64,000 nt of DNA from the NCBI GenBank assembly GCA_031178305.1, contig JAPSJG010000001.1, positions 7,830-71,829 on the forward strand. The letters run 5' to 3'. Source of the stretch: Sinorhizobium sp. (GTDB taxonomy: Bacteria; Pseudomonadota; Alphaproteobacteria; Rhizobiales; Rhizobiaceae). Both the position numbers and the translations under genes were made by a program. Below the pieces are notes generated by a model. It had not been told where the DNA came from. It did no database searches and worked only from the letters and a program-made list of their open reading frames with translations. Positions 9,046 through 20,857 of this stretch are shown piece after piece; within the stretch, counting starts at the first letter, position 1, and the number at the start of each line of letters is the position of its first letter.

Positions 9046-10554
9046 ATGAACTGGCTTGAAAACCTGCGCCGCAGCTTCCTCGACTGGGACGCTATGGTCG
9101 AAGTCCTGCCGACCATGATCACAGTCGGCCTCAAGAACACGCTGATCCTTGCGGCGGCCTCGACCGTGCTCGGCGTCGTCATCGGAATGGTGCTCGCCAT
9201 TATGGGCATTTCCCGCTCCCCCTGGCTGCGCATTCCCGCACGCGTCTATACCGACATCTTCCGCGGACTGCCGGCCATCGTCACCATCTTGCTGATCGGC
9301 CAGGGCTTTGCTCGGATTGGCCGTGAAATGTTCGGCCCGTCGCCCTATCCGCTCGGCATCCTGGCGCTCAGCCTGATTGCCGGCGCCTATATCGGCGAGA
9401 TCTTCCGCTCGGGCATTCAAAGCGTCGATCGCGGCCAGATGGAGGCCTGCCGCGCGCTGTCGATGAGCTACGGGCAGGGCATGCGGCTCATCGTCGTGCC
9501 GCAGGGGGTGCGCCGCGTGCTGCCGGCGCTAGTCAACCAGTTCATCGGCAATGTGAAAGATTCAAGCCTTGTCTACTTCCTCGGCCTGCTCGCGTCCGAG
9601 CGCGAGATTTTTCGCGTTGGCCAGGACCAGGCTGTCGTGACCGGCAACCTTTCGCCGCTGCTTCTCGCCGGCATCTTCTATCTCGTCGTCACCGTGCCGC
9701 TCACCCATGTCGTCAACGCGATCGACAATCGCCTGAGGCTAGGCAAGCAGCGCCCGTCCGTCCTTGTCAGCGGCTTGGAGGAGGTCGGCGAACTCGACGG
9801 TGCCAACCGCGCCTCTGGGGCCACCTTCAAGGGCGGAAGCCTCGACGTCCGCGATCTCGGCATGGCTTACGGCGAGCTCGACGTGCTGAAGGGAGTGCAC
9901 CTTTCGGTGAAGCCGGGCAGCGTCACCTGTATAATCGGCCCGTCCGGCTCCGGCAAGTCGACGCTGCTGCGTTGCCTCAACCGGCTGGTCGAGCCGAAGA
10001 GCGGGGAAATCCTCCTCGACGGCGAGAGCATCCTCGCCATGAAGCCGGAAAAGCTCCGCCGCCGTGTGGGCATGGTCTTCCAGCATTTCAACCTCTTTCC
10101 CGATCACACGGCACTCGAAAACGTCATGCTGTCGCTGACGAAGATCAAGGGCATGCCAAAGGCCGAGGCCGAGCGCATCGCCAAGGCCCGGCTTACCGAT
10201 GTCGGCCTCGCCAGCCGCCAACATCATCGTCCCGGCGGGCTTTCCGGCGGCCAACAGCAGCGCGTCGCCATCGCCCGCGCGCTGGCCATGGAGCCGGAGG
10301 TCATCCTCTTCGACGAAGTAACGAGCGCGCTTGATCCCGAGCTGGTCAAAGGTGTGCTCAACCTCATGGCCGACCTCGGCAAGCGCGGCATGACCATGGT
10401 TGTTGTCACCCACGAGATGAGCTTCGCTCGGCGTGTCGCCGATCAGGTCGTGTTCATGGACGAGGGACGCATCGTGGAAGCGGGCACGCCCGAGGCGATC
10501 TTCGACAATCCGCAAAGTCCGCGCCTGCAGCGCTTCCTGGCGGAAGTGCTCTGA
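9046..10554 (+). CDS. socB: Fused polar amino-acid ABC permease + ATPase
   Basis: N-terminal HisM-type permease ([13 protein letters not shown]) fused to ATPase ([24 protein letters not shown]); this fusion is the known SocB architecture. Confidence 0.85.
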   Translation: MNWLENLRRSFLDWDAMVEVLPTMITVGLKNTLILAAASTVLGVVIGMVLAIMGISRSPWLRIPARVYTDIFRGLPAIVTILLIGQGFARIGREMFGPSPYPLGILALSLIAGAYIGEIFRSGIQSVDRGQMEACRALSMSYGQGMRLIVVPQGVRRVLPALVNQFIGNVKDSSLVYFLGLLASEREIFRVGQDQAVVTGNLSPLLLAGIFYLVVTVPLTHVVNAIDNRLRLGKQRPSVLVSGLEEVGELDGANRASGATFKGGSLDVRDLGMAYGELDVLKGVHLSVKPGSVTCIIGPSGSGKSTLLRCLNRLVEPKSGEILLDGESILAMKPEKLRRRVGMVFQHFNLFPDHTALENVMLSLTKIKGMPKAEAERIAKARLTDVGLASRQHHRPGGLSGGQQQRVAIARALAMEPEVILFDEVTSALDPELVKGVLNLMADLGKRGMTMVVVTHEMSFARRVADQVVFMDEGRIVEAGTPEAIFDNPQSPRLQRFLAEVL

Positions 10555-10575
10555 CCCTCGCGCAAGGAGACGACG

Positions 10576-11583
10576 ATGACCAAGACAATACGATGGGGCG
10601 TGCTCGGCTGCGCGGGGATCGCGGTCAAGGCGGTCATACCGGCGATCCAGTCCAGCAGGTCGGGGCGCGTTGCGGCGATCGCCTCGCGCGACCTGAAGAA
10701 GGCCGAAAAGACGGCTGCGGCGTTCGGCATCACCAAGGCCTATGGCAGCTACGAGGCTCTGCTTGCCGATCCGGAGATCGACGCGATCTACAACCCGCTT
10801 CCCAACCACTTGCATGCGCCGCTGACGATCAAGGCGCTGAAGCAGGGAAAGCCGGTGCTCTGCGAAAAGCCGATCGCCCTCAGTGCCGAAGAGGCGATGG
10901 CGCTCGCAGCCGCGCAAAAGGCGGCGCGCCTGCCAGTCGCCGAGGCCTTCATGGTGCGCCACCATGCGCAATGGAAGACGGCGCGGGCGCTGGTGGCGGC
11001 AGGGCGGATCGGCGAGGTCCGAGCCATTCAGACGATCTTCTCCTACTATCTCGATGATCCGCAGAACGTCCGCAATCAGGCCGCCATCGGCGGCGGTGGT
11101 CTGTTCGACGTCGGCTGCTATGCGATCAACACGGCGCGCTTCTTGTTCGATGCGGAGCCGCTGCGGGCTATCGCGCTCATGGAGCGGGATCCGGCGTTCG
11201 GCACGGACCGGCTGACGAGCGGCCTCATGGAGTTCCCCGACGGACGGCAGCTGGCCTTCACCTGCTCCACGCAGCTAGCTCTCACGCAAAGGGTGACGGC
11301 GCTCGGCACGCGTGGGCGTTTGGAAATCCCCATTCCCTTCAACGCGCCGGCCGATGAGCCGACCGTGCTTGTCCTCGACGACGGCCGCGACCTTGCCGGC
11401 GGCGGGCGTGAGGAGATCGCCATCGAACCCGTCGACCAGTACCGAGAACAGGCAGATGCCTTCGCCGAGGCCGTTCTCTCCGGGATACCGCTCGAAACGG
11501 GACTGCAGGATGCGATCGCCAACATGAAGGCCATCGACGCCCTGTTCCGCTCCGCTGTTAGTGGCCGCTGGGAAGAACCCTGA
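10576..11583 (+). CDS. socC: Gfo/Idh/MocA-family oxidoreductase (SocC position)
   Basis: WGVLGCAGIA, LPNHLH, LCEKP, GGGGLFDVGCY; position between socB and socD. Confidence 0.7.
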   Translation: MTKTIRWGVLGCAGIAVKAVIPAIQSSRSGRVAAIASRDLKKAEKTAAAFGITKAYGSYEALLADPEIDAIYNPLPNHLHAPLTIKALKQGKPVLCEKPIALSAEEAMALAAAQKAARLPVAEAFMVRHHAQWKTARALVAAGRIGEVRAIQTIFSYYLDDPQNVRNQAAIGGGGLFDVGCYAINTARFLFDAEPLRAIALMERDPAFGTDRLTSGLMEFPDGRQLAFTCSTQLALTQRVTALGTRGRLEIPIPFNAPADEPTVLVLDDGRDLAGGGREEIAIEPVDQYREQADAFAEAVLSGIPLETGLQDAIANMKAIDALFRSAVSGRWEEP

Positions 11584-11623
11584 GCCGCTTCATCTGCACG
11601 ACCAACCGATCGAAAGACATACC

Positions 11624-12754
11624 ATGACAGACAACACCATCTCTTCGGCAGTCATCATCGGCGCCGGCATCTTCGGCGTCTCCACCGGTGTTCAGCTTGC
11701 GCGTCGCGGTATCCGCGTGACCATTCTCAATGATGGCCCGCCCGCCAACGGTGCGTCCGGCCGCTCGCTCTCCTGGCTGAACTCGGCGCGCATGCGCTCT
11801 GAACCCTACCACCGCCTGCGTATGGCTGGCATCGACCGCTACCGCACGCTCTCCGTGCGCTATCCGGGCGCGGGCTGGCTTCGTTTTGACGGCGGCCTGA
11901 CCTGGGATGCCGACGACGAGCGGAATGAGATCGACGCTGCCTATCGCCATGAGGTTTCGCTCGCCTACGACGCGCTGCGGCTTTCCGCCGGCGAGGTCGC
12001 CCGCATCACGCCCGGTATCGATGCGCGCGCGATCACGCCTCAGGGGGCGATCTTCAATCCCGGCGAAGGCTGGGTTGACCTGCCGGCGCTGATCGGCGTT
12101 CTTCTCGAAGAGTTTTCTGCGCTCAACGGTGTGCTGGTAACGGACCAAGGGGCCGCGCGGGTCGTGGTTGAAGGTGGCCGCGCCGCGGGCGCAGAAACCG
12201 CAACGGGCGGCCGTTTCCCGGCCGATGCCGTCGTGCTTGCGACCGGTCCCGCCGTGCCGAGGATGGCGGCGGAGAGCGGGCAGGTCATCGGGGATGGAAC
12301 GCCGGTCGCCCTTCTCGTACAGACCAGGCCGCTTGCCCATCCCCTGCGCGCCGTCCTCAACACGCCCCGCGTCGCCGTTCGTCCGGCGCCCGGCGGCACC
12401 TTCTCGCTAGACGCGGACTGGGCGGCGGACGAAGGCCTCAAGCCGCGTACTGATGGTGGGTATGACGTTGACGGAGCCGTAGTGGATGCCCTGCTGGCGG
12501 AAGCCGCCAAGGTGATGGAAGGCAATCCGAAGCTCGAAGTCGCTTCAATCGGCGTCGGCGGCAAACCGATCCCCGGCGACGGTGAGCCCGTGATCGGTGC
12601 GCTCAAGGCCATTCCCGGCTACTATGTCGCCTTCAGCCACAGCGGCGCAACTCTGGGCCTCATTGTCGGCGAGTTGCTCGCCTCCGAGGTAGCGACGGGC
12701 GCTGAGCATCCCATGCTCGCGACCTTCAGGCCGGAGCGTTTTGCGTCACGATAG
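11624..12754 (+). CDS. socD: FAD-dependent fructosyl-amino acid oxidase (amadoriase)
   Basis: IIGAGIFG, GASGRSLSWLNS, KPIPGDGEP, FSHSGATL; DAO family resembling bacterial fructosyl-amino acid oxidases. Confidence 0.75.
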   Translation: MTDNTISSAVIIGAGIFGVSTGVQLARRGIRVTILNDGPPANGASGRSLSWLNSARMRSEPYHRLRMAGIDRYRTLSVRYPGAGWLRFDGGLTWDADDERNEIDAAYRHEVSLAYDALRLSAGEVARITPGIDARAITPQGAIFNPGEGWVDLPALIGVLLEEFSALNGVLVTDQGAARVVVEGGRAAGAETATGGRFPADAVVLATGPAVPRMAAESGQVIGDGTPVALLVQTRPLAHPLRAVLNTPRVAVRPAPGGTFSLDADWAADEGLKPRTDGGYDVDGAVVDALLAEAAKVMEGNPKLEVASIGVGGKPIPGDGEPVIGALKAIPGYYVAFSHSGATLGLIVGELLASEVATGAEHPMLATFRPERFASR

Positions 12755-12886
12755 GGCATATCCTGTCACGCCCCGCCGCGTTGGCGGTGCCTGAGGTGGC
12801 GATCGGCCTGCCGCTTTCCATTGCGACAGGGGCCTATGCGAACCGACAACTCAAAGCTACAAGGGCTGCACAAGGGGCCTGCTTGT

Positions 12887-13251
12887 ATGATCGAAGAGGC
12901 GCGCTGCCGGCTCGACTGCGGCGTCACTCTCGAGCTGGCTCCGGATTCCGGCAAGCTTTGGAAGGGCAAGGCGATCAGCATCGGCATCCGCCCGGAAAAT
13001 ACTCGGATCGGCGAGGGCAACGGGACAGATGCGACGTTTTCCGGCGTATCGATCTCGTCGAGCATCTACGCTAGGTGCAGATCCTTTAACTGGACCTGCC
13101 CGGCACCACCGAAAAATTCCTAATCAAGGTGGATGGGGAGAGTTCCTTCGCGCGCCTGCAGGATGTCCGCTTCACCGCGCGCCTGCAGGACATTCACGTC
13201 CTCGATGCCGAGGGCAACGTCATTCCGGTCTCAGCCGGCGCGACAGTCTAA
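12887..13251 (+). pseudogene. Remnant of a MalK-type ABC ATPase C-terminal (TOBE) region
   Basis: Fragments in shifting frames: SIGIRPEN, IDLVEHL, IL*LDLPG...IHVLDAEG; no Walker A part; internal stop. Confidence 0.65.
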
Positions 13252-13269
13252 ACGACGCCACCTAGAAGA

Positions 13270-14215
<946 letters not shown>

Positions 14216-14393
14216 GCATGCATCACGCATGCGATCCCTTCTGTCAATGGAAGAGCACGCCCGGGCAATCACGGCTTGGCGGCAGCAATAAAATGGTCTC
14301 TCCGGGGAACAAAACCGCTGAGAACCGGGCCGCTACATGGCGCCGGAGCGATGGCGCGCGTTACCACGCATCGGACAACGAAAGGCTGATCTG

Positions 14394-15107
14394 GTGAACA
14401 CTTTGGGGCTTATGAGCTTCGGGCCCGACGGCTGGGGATACAGTATGCTGGCGGCGACCGGAACGACAGTCGCTGTCGCTGCCTGCGGCTTCTTCGTCGG
14501 AGCTCTGCTCGGCTGCCTGGGAGCGGCGGCGAGCCTTTCCCGCTTACGCGTGCTTCGCTTGGTGGCTGATTTCTATACCACGGTCCTACGCGGCATACCG
14601 GACCTGCTGGTAATATACCTCTTCTATTTCGGTTCGAGCTCGGTCATCTCGACCGCGTCGGCGCTGTTCGGCGCAGAGGGTTTTGTCGGCGCACCCGCTT
14701 TCCTAACCGGCGCGCTGGCGATCGGTGTCGTATCCGGCGCTTACCAGATGCAGGTTTTCCGCGGCGCCGTGCTCGCGCTGTCGAAAGGCGAGATCGAAGC
14801 CGGCCGCGCTTACGGCATGCCGTCCTTGCTTTTGTTCCGCCGGATCGTCCTGCCGCAGGCTGCGCGCTTCGCCATTCCCGGTATCGGCAACGTCTGGCAA
14901 CTGGTGCTGAAGGAATCGGCGCTGATTTCCGTCATCGGCCTGGTGGAGCTGATGCGGCAGGCCCAGATCGGCTCCGGCTCGACGCGACAGCCCTTCAGCT
15001 TCTATCTGACGGCGGGCGCCCTCTATCTGCTGATCACCTTGGTGTCCGGGCTGGTTTTTCGCTTCGCGGAAAAGCAGGCGATGCGCGGTATCCGGAGGGG
15101 CGTCTGA
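14394..15107 (+). CDS. occQ: Octopine ABC permease
   Basis: FGPDGWGY..LRGIPDLLVIYLFYFG...GSGSTRQPFSFY; GTG start with GAAAGG RBS. Confidence 0.85.
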   Translation: MNTLGLMSFGPDGWGYSMLAATGTTVAVAACGFFVGALLGCLGAAASLSRLRVLRLVADFYTTVLRGIPDLLVIYLFYFGSSSVISTASALFGAEGFVGAPAFLTGALAIGVVSGAYQMQVFRGAVLALSKGEIEAGRAYGMPSLLLFRRIVLPQAARFAIPGIGNVWQLVLKESALISVIGLVELMRQAQIGSGSTRQPFSFYLTAGALYLLITLVSGLVFRFAEKQAMRGIRRGV

Positions 15108-15814
15108 TGCCCTTTGATCTTCCTTTCCTGGCTGAAAGCTTCGTGGCGCTCTTGAGGGGCATTCCGCTCACGCTGCAACTGACCGTGCTCTCCGTCGTAG
15201 CGGGAGGCATTCTCGCCTTTGGGCTCGCCTTCATGCGCATTTCCCGCAGGTGGTGGCTGGATGCGCCGGCGCGGTTTTACATCCTCGTCTTCCGCGGCAC
15301 GCCGCTTCTGGTGCAGATCTACATCATCTATTACGGCCTTAGCCAGTTTCCGGTGCTGCGCAACAGCGTGCTTTGGCCCTTCCTTCGTGAGGCCTACTGG
15401 TGTGCCATGCTGGCGCTGGCCTTCAACACCGCAGCGTATAGCGCCGAAATCATCCGAGGCGGACTACTTTCGGTGCCCGCCGGCCACGTGGAGGCGGCGC
15501 GCGCCTGTGGCATGTCCGGCTTCTTGTTGTTCCGCCGCATCGTCATGCCCTTGGCACTGCGGCAAATGCTGCCCGGGTACAGCAACGAAATCATTCTTAT
15601 GGTCAAATCGACGGCACTTGCCTCGACCATCACGCTCCTCGAAATCACCGGTATCGCCGCTAAGCTGATCTCCGAGAGCTACCGTCCGGTGGAAATCTTC
15701 GTCTGCGCCGGCGCAATCTACCTTGCCATCAATTTCCTGGTCGCCCGGCTTTTCGCTTGGCTGGAATACGCCGTGTCGCCGGAGACCAGAAAGCCGGAGG
15801 AACGCCGTGCCTGA
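15107..15814 (+). CDS. occM: Octopine ABC permease
   Basis: MPFDLPFL...FRGTPLLVQIY...EIIRGG; start overlaps the occQ stop. Confidence 0.85.
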   Translation: MPFDLPFLAESFVALLRGIPLTLQLTVLSVVAGGILAFGLAFMRISRRWWLDAPARFYILVFRGTPLLVQIYIIYYGLSQFPVLRNSVLWPFLREAYWCAMLALAFNTAAYSAEIIRGGLLSVPAGHVEAARACGMSGFLLFRRIVMPLALRQMLPGYSNEIILMVKSTALASTITLLEITGIAAKLISESYRPVEIFVCAGAIYLAINFLVARLFAWLEYAVSPETRKPEERRA

Positions 15815-16595
15815 CGCCACTACCATGCCCGCGGTCGCGCTTTCCGGCATCCGCAAGAGTTATGGCCCGCTCGAAGTGTTACATGGCGTTTCGCTTGCCG
15901 CGCGGGAAGGGGAAGTGATTTCAATTCTCGGCTCTTCTGGTTCGGGAAAGTCGACGCTGCTGCGTTGCATCAACATGCTTGAAGTCCCGAATGGCGGCTC
16001 GGTCGCGTTCCATGGTGAAACCATTTCGCTCGATCAGACGCCGGGTCGCGCACCGCGTCCCCGTGACAGTGCCCAGATCAACCGGTTGCGCTCCAAGGCG
16101 GCGATGGTGTTCCAGTCCTTCAATCTTTGGTCTCATTTGACCATTCTTGAAAATCTCATCGAGGCCCCGGTTCACGTCCAGAAGCGCAGCAGAAAAGACT
16201 GCCTGGCCGAAGCTGAAGCGCTGCTTGAGCGCGTCGGCATCGCCGACAAACGTCACTGTTATCCAACGCATCTTTCCGGCGGCCAGCAACAGCGCGCCGC
16301 GATCGCCCGGGCGTTGGCGATGCAGCCAAGGGTCATGCTGTTCGACGAGCCAACCTCGGCGCTCGATCCCGAACTCGTCGGCGAGGTGCTGAAGGTCATG
16401 CGCGATCTTGCAGCCGAAGGTCGCACCATGCTGATCGTCACCCATGAGATGGCCTTTGCCCGTGACGTCTCCACACGCACCGTCTTCCTCCACAAGGGCC
16501 GGATTGAGGAGGAAGGCCCGCCTTCTGAAGTGTTCTCAAACCCGCGATCAGAGCGCTTCAGGCAATTCGTTTCCAGGGAACATCTGCAAGGCTAA
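15807..16595 (+). CDS. occP: Octopine ABC ATPase
   Basis: [22 protein letters not shown]; GTG start with GGAGG RBS. Confidence 0.85.
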   Translation: MPDATTMPAVALSGIRKSYGPLEVLHGVSLAAREGEVISILGSSGSGKSTLLRCINMLEVPNGGSVAFHGETISLDQTPGRAPRPRDSAQINRLRSKAAMVFQSFNLWSHLTILENLIEAPVHVQKRSRKDCLAEAEALLERVGIADKRHCYPTHLSGGQQQRAAIARALAMQPRVMLFDEPTSALDPELVGEVLKVMRDLAAEGRTMLIVTHEMAFARDVSTRTVFLHKGRIEEEGPPSEVFSNPRSERFRQFVSREHLQG

Positions 16596-17495
<900 letters not shown>

Positions 17496-17510
17496 CGCCC
17501 TGATGCGATC

Positions 17511-17535
17511 CGGTGCGGCTTTCACGGCCGCACCG
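17511..17535 (+). other. Stem-loop after occT
   Basis: CGGTGCGGCT-ttcac-GGCCGCACCG. Confidence 0.45.
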
Positions 17536-17564
17536 ATTGACGCTCAACAACCGGACATTTTCTG

Positions 17565-18689
17565 ATGCCTTTACTGGACGATTGCGATATCGCGGTCGTC
17601 GGCGGTGGACTCGTCGGCGCTGCGTTGGCCTGGGGGCTTGCCCGAACCGGCCTGAAGACAATGGTGCTGGACGGCGGGGACCTCGATCCGCGGGCGTCAC
17701 GGGCCAATTTCGCTCTCGTCTGGGTACAAGGCAAAGGTCTGCATGCGCCGCATTACGCCTTGTGGTCTAAGGCGTCGGCCGAACGCTGGCCGGCCTTTGC
17801 TGCGGCGCTCGCCGCCGATAGTGGCATCGATGTCGCGCTCAGCCAGCGCGGCGCCTTTTCCTTTGCGCTCTCGCAAGGCGAGCTCGATATGCTTGCAGCA
17901 GAACTCGAAACCATCGCAGCCGAGACCAACGGCGCTGCCGCGCCCTATGAGATCTTGACGGCGGAAGAGACGCGCCGGCGCCTACCGCTTGTGGGGCAAG
18001 ATGTCGTCGGCGCGGCCTATTCGCCGGCGGACGGGCATGTTAATTCGCTGCGTCTTTTCCACGCGCTGCATACGGCCATGCGGCATCGCGGCGTCGATTA
18101 TCGCGCCTGCCATGCGGTGGAGCGCATCGAGCCGGTGGACGCTGGTTTCCGGCTTGCCGGCGCATTCGGCACGATCTTCGCTCGTCGCATTGTGCTGGCC
18201 GCCGGCATCGACAATCAGCGGTTGGCGGCGATGGTCGGGCTCCATGCCCCGCTCAAGCACAGCAAGGGCCAGATCCTGGTCACAGAAAAATGCCGCCCGC
18301 TCTTCGAATACACATCGGCGACAATCCGGCAGGCGGATGAGGGCGGCGTGATGATCGGCGACAGCGAAGAGACGCATACTACCGCCATCGCCACGAACCA
18401 AGAGATCAGCGCTGTGCTCGCCAATCGGGCCGTCCGGGTCTTTCCCTGCCTCGCGGAAGTCAACGTGGTGCGCAGCTGGGCCGGCTTTCGCGTCAAGACC
18501 CGAGATGGGTTGCCTATTTATGCACAGTCCGCCTCCCATCCCGGAGCCTTCATCGCGGTCTGCCATTCCGGCGTTACGCTTGCGGCGAACCATGCCCTCG
18601 TCGTCGCGCCGCAGATTGCTAGCGGCGCTCTTTCGTCCGATCTCGCGCCGTTTCATTCGGGGAGGTTCCATGTTTCTGAGAATTCGTGA
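17565..18689 (+). CDS. ooxB: Opine oxidase FAD subunit B
   Basis: VVGGGLVG, RASRANFALVWVQGKG, DGHVN, CHSGVTLA. Confidence 0.85.
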   Translation: MPLLDDCDIAVVGGGLVGAALAWGLARTGLKTMVLDGGDLDPRASRANFALVWVQGKGLHAPHYALWSKASAERWPAFAAALAADSGIDVALSQRGAFSFALSQGELDMLAAELETIAAETNGAAAPYEILTAEETRRRLPLVGQDVVGAAYSPADGHVNSLRLFHALHTAMRHRGVDYRACHAVERIEPVDAGFRLAGAFGTIFARRIVLAAGIDNQRLAAMVGLHAPLKHSKGQILVTEKCRPLFEYTSATIRQADEGGVMIGDSEETHTTAIATNQEISAVLANRAVRVFPCLAEVNVVRSWAGFRVKTRDGLPIYAQSASHPGAFIAVCHSGVTLAANHALVVAPQIASGALSSDLAPFHSGRFHVSENS

Positions 18690-18975
18690 ACCCGTCGAGG
18701 CGGTGACCTTCTCCTTTGACGGCAGAAGCGTCACGGCGGCGCGGGGCGATACGCTAGCCGCGGCCCTTCTCGCAGCCGGTGTCGAGACGTTTCGCGACAG
18801 CGTGGTGGGCGGAGAGCCGCGGGCACCCTACTGCCTTATGGGCATCTGCTACGAATGCCTCGTTACCATCGACGGCATCCAGAACCGCCAGAGCTGCCTG
18901 GTCGAAGTGCACGAGGGCATGGTGGTGAACAGCCAGCACGGCGCACGCCTCGTGACGGGGCGCGCAGACCGATGA
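18670..18975 (+). CDS. 2Fe-2S ferredoxin-like subunit of opine oxidase (HcnA/OdhC-like)
   Basis: GDTLAAALL...YCLMGICYECLV...QSC; ATG 18670 with GGAGG RBS; overlaps both neighbours. Confidence 0.85.
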   Translation: MFLRIREPVEAVTFSFDGRSVTAARGDTLAAALLAAGVETFRDSVVGGEPRAPYCLMGICYECLVTIDGIQNRQSCLVEVHEGMVVNSQHGARLVTGRADR

Positions 18976-20474
18976 GCATGCGCAGGATAACCGATACGGG
19001 CGCACTTGCGCTGCACTATGATCTCGTCGTCGTCGGCGCCGGTCCGGCCGGCCTCTCGGCCGCGATCGAGGCGGCCGCGGCCGGCGCGTCCGTGTTGGTC
19101 GCTGACGAAAACCTTGCGCCCGGCGGCCAGATATACCGGGCCGTGACCCGCAATGCGCCGGAAAGACAGGATTTCCTTGGCAAGGACTACTGGAAGGGAC
19201 GCGCGATTGCCGAAGCGTTCTCCGCTTCGCTCATCGATTATGCCGCCGCAACCACCGTCTGGAGTCTCGATGCCGCAGCGGCAGAGGGAGGATCGGCGAG
19301 CCTTGGCCTGACGCTCGGCGGCGAAGCGCGGATGATCTCCGCCCGCGCCGTCATCCTGGCGACTGGCGCGATGGAGCGGCCCATGCCCATCCCCGGCTGG
19401 ACGCTGCCCGGCGTGGTGAGCGCCGGCGCCGCACAGATCGCCCTGAAATCGGTGTCCGGCATTCCCGGCGGCCGCATTGTTCTCGCCGGCTGTGGGCCGT
19501 TGCTCTACCTGCTCGCCGATCAATTGCTGCGGGCGGGCGCGGAGATCGCGGCCCTGCTCGATACCGCCGACAGGAAGCAGCGGCTGGCGGCGCTGCGCCA
19601 TCTTCCGGGTTTTCTCCTCTCGCCCTATCTCCTCAAGGGTCTCTCGCTGCTCTTCGGCGTCCGGCGGCAGGTCAAGATCGTCTCCGGGGTTAGGGAACTT
19701 GCGATTACCGGCACCCGCCACGCGGACGGTGTGCGCTTCCGGGCCGGCGGGCGGGAAGCGACGATCGCTGCCGATTGCGTGCTCCTGCACCACGGCATTA
19801 TTCCGGGCATCAATCTCGCAAGCGCCGCCGGCTGCGCCATCGAATGGAACGACGCGCAGCGCGCCTTCCAGCCACGGACGGACAAACACGGCCGCACCTC
19901 GGTTGCCGGCGTGCTTTCGGTCGGTGACGGAGCGGGCATCGGCGGAGCCGAACATGCCGCGGTGTCCGGTCGCATCGCGGCGCTGGCGTCCCTCACGGAT
20001 CTCGGTCTGCTGCCGCCATCGGGAACCGCTTCCCGCCTGGCGGAACTGGAAAGGCAACGCCAGGTCTATCGCCGCGGCCGCGCTTTCCTGGATGCACTGT
20101 ATCGGCCCGCCCGCCAGTTTCTTGCGCCGTCTGACCCCGACACCATGGTCTGCCGCTGCGAGGAAGTGCGCGCCGGCACGCTGCGGCAGGTGATTGCGCT
20201 CGGCGTACCAGGGCCGAACCAGCTCAAGACCTTTCTGCGCTGCGGCATGGGCCCGTGCCAGGGCCGCATGTGCGCCTCGACCGTCACCGAAATCATGGCG
20301 GCCGAACGCGGCATCAGCCCGGCCGAGATAGGCACTTACCGCCTGCGCGCACCGGTCAAACCGCTGCGCCTCGCCGAACTCGCGGCTCTGCCGCAGGGGC
20401 CTGCCGCAGTTTTCGCCGTAACCGGCCGGGCGCTCGAACACGATTCAATCGAAGAAGAAGGAAAGAACCAATGA
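18972..20474 (+). CDS. ooxA: Opine oxidase subunit A
   Basis: VGAGPAG, ATGAMERPMPIPGWTLPGV, VCRCEEV...CGMGPCQGRMC BFD-like tail; ATGA overlap. Confidence 0.85.
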   Translation: MSMRRITDTGALALHYDLVVVGAGPAGLSAAIEAAAAGASVLVADENLAPGGQIYRAVTRNAPERQDFLGKDYWKGRAIAEAFSASLIDYAAATTVWSLDAAAAEGGSASLGLTLGGEARMISARAVILATGAMERPMPIPGWTLPGVVSAGAAQIALKSVSGIPGGRIVLAGCGPLLYLLADQLLRAGAEIAALLDTADRKQRLAALRHLPGFLLSPYLLKGLSLLFGVRRQVKIVSGVRELAITGTRHADGVRFRAGGREATIAADCVLLHHGIIPGINLASAAGCAIEWNDAQRAFQPRTDKHGRTSVAGVLSVGDGAGIGGAEHAAVSGRIAALASLTDLGLLPPSGTASRLAELERQRQVYRRGRAFLDALYRPARQFLAPSDPDTMVCRCEEVRAGTLRQVIALGVPGPNQLKTFLRCGMGPCQGRMCASTVTEIMAAERGISPAEIGTYRLRAPVKPLRLAELAALPQGPAAVFAVTGRALEHDSIEEEGKNQ

Positions 20475-20815
20475 CGACACGTCACATTCAGACCCCCATC
20501 ATGCACCGCGTCGTTGAGCACAACGGGATCATCTTCGTCGGTGGCACCACCTGCGACGACGAGAGCCTCGACATGGCCGGCCAGACTCGCGAGATCCTTG
20601 CCAAGCTCGACAAATATCTCGCTGAAGCCGGCTCGGACAAGACGAAGCTGCTTTCGGTGACCGTCTTCATCACCGACATGGCCTTGAAGCCGCAGATGGA
20701 CGCGGTCTGGAAGGAATGGCTTGCGCCGGAAAGCTTTCCCACCCGCGCCACCGTCGGCGTTGCCGATCTCGGCGGCACGACGCTGATCGAAATCGTCGTC
20801 ACCGCGCGTAGCTGA
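20471..20815 (+). CDS. Rid (YjgF/YER057c/UK114) family protein, YoaB-like
   Basis: AGQTREIL..LAEAGSDK...MDAVW..W...PTRAT...IEI, with conserved Arg; ATGA overlap with ooxA. Confidence 0.85.
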   Translation: MTTRHIQTPIMHRVVEHNGIIFVGGTTCDDESLDMAGQTREILAKLDKYLAEAGSDKTKLLSVTVFITDMALKPQMDAVWKEWLAPESFPTRATVGVADLGGTTLIEIVVTARS

Positions 20816-20857
20816 TCCCCGTCGCAGCGAACCCAATCAGATCAGAAAGGCTCTCAG

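Noticed and set aside
9046-10554. Permease-ATPase fusion as a novelty
   Set aside because: Already described for SocB
18849-20441. 530-aa - strand ORF
   Set aside because: Antisense to ooxA, no recognisable domain
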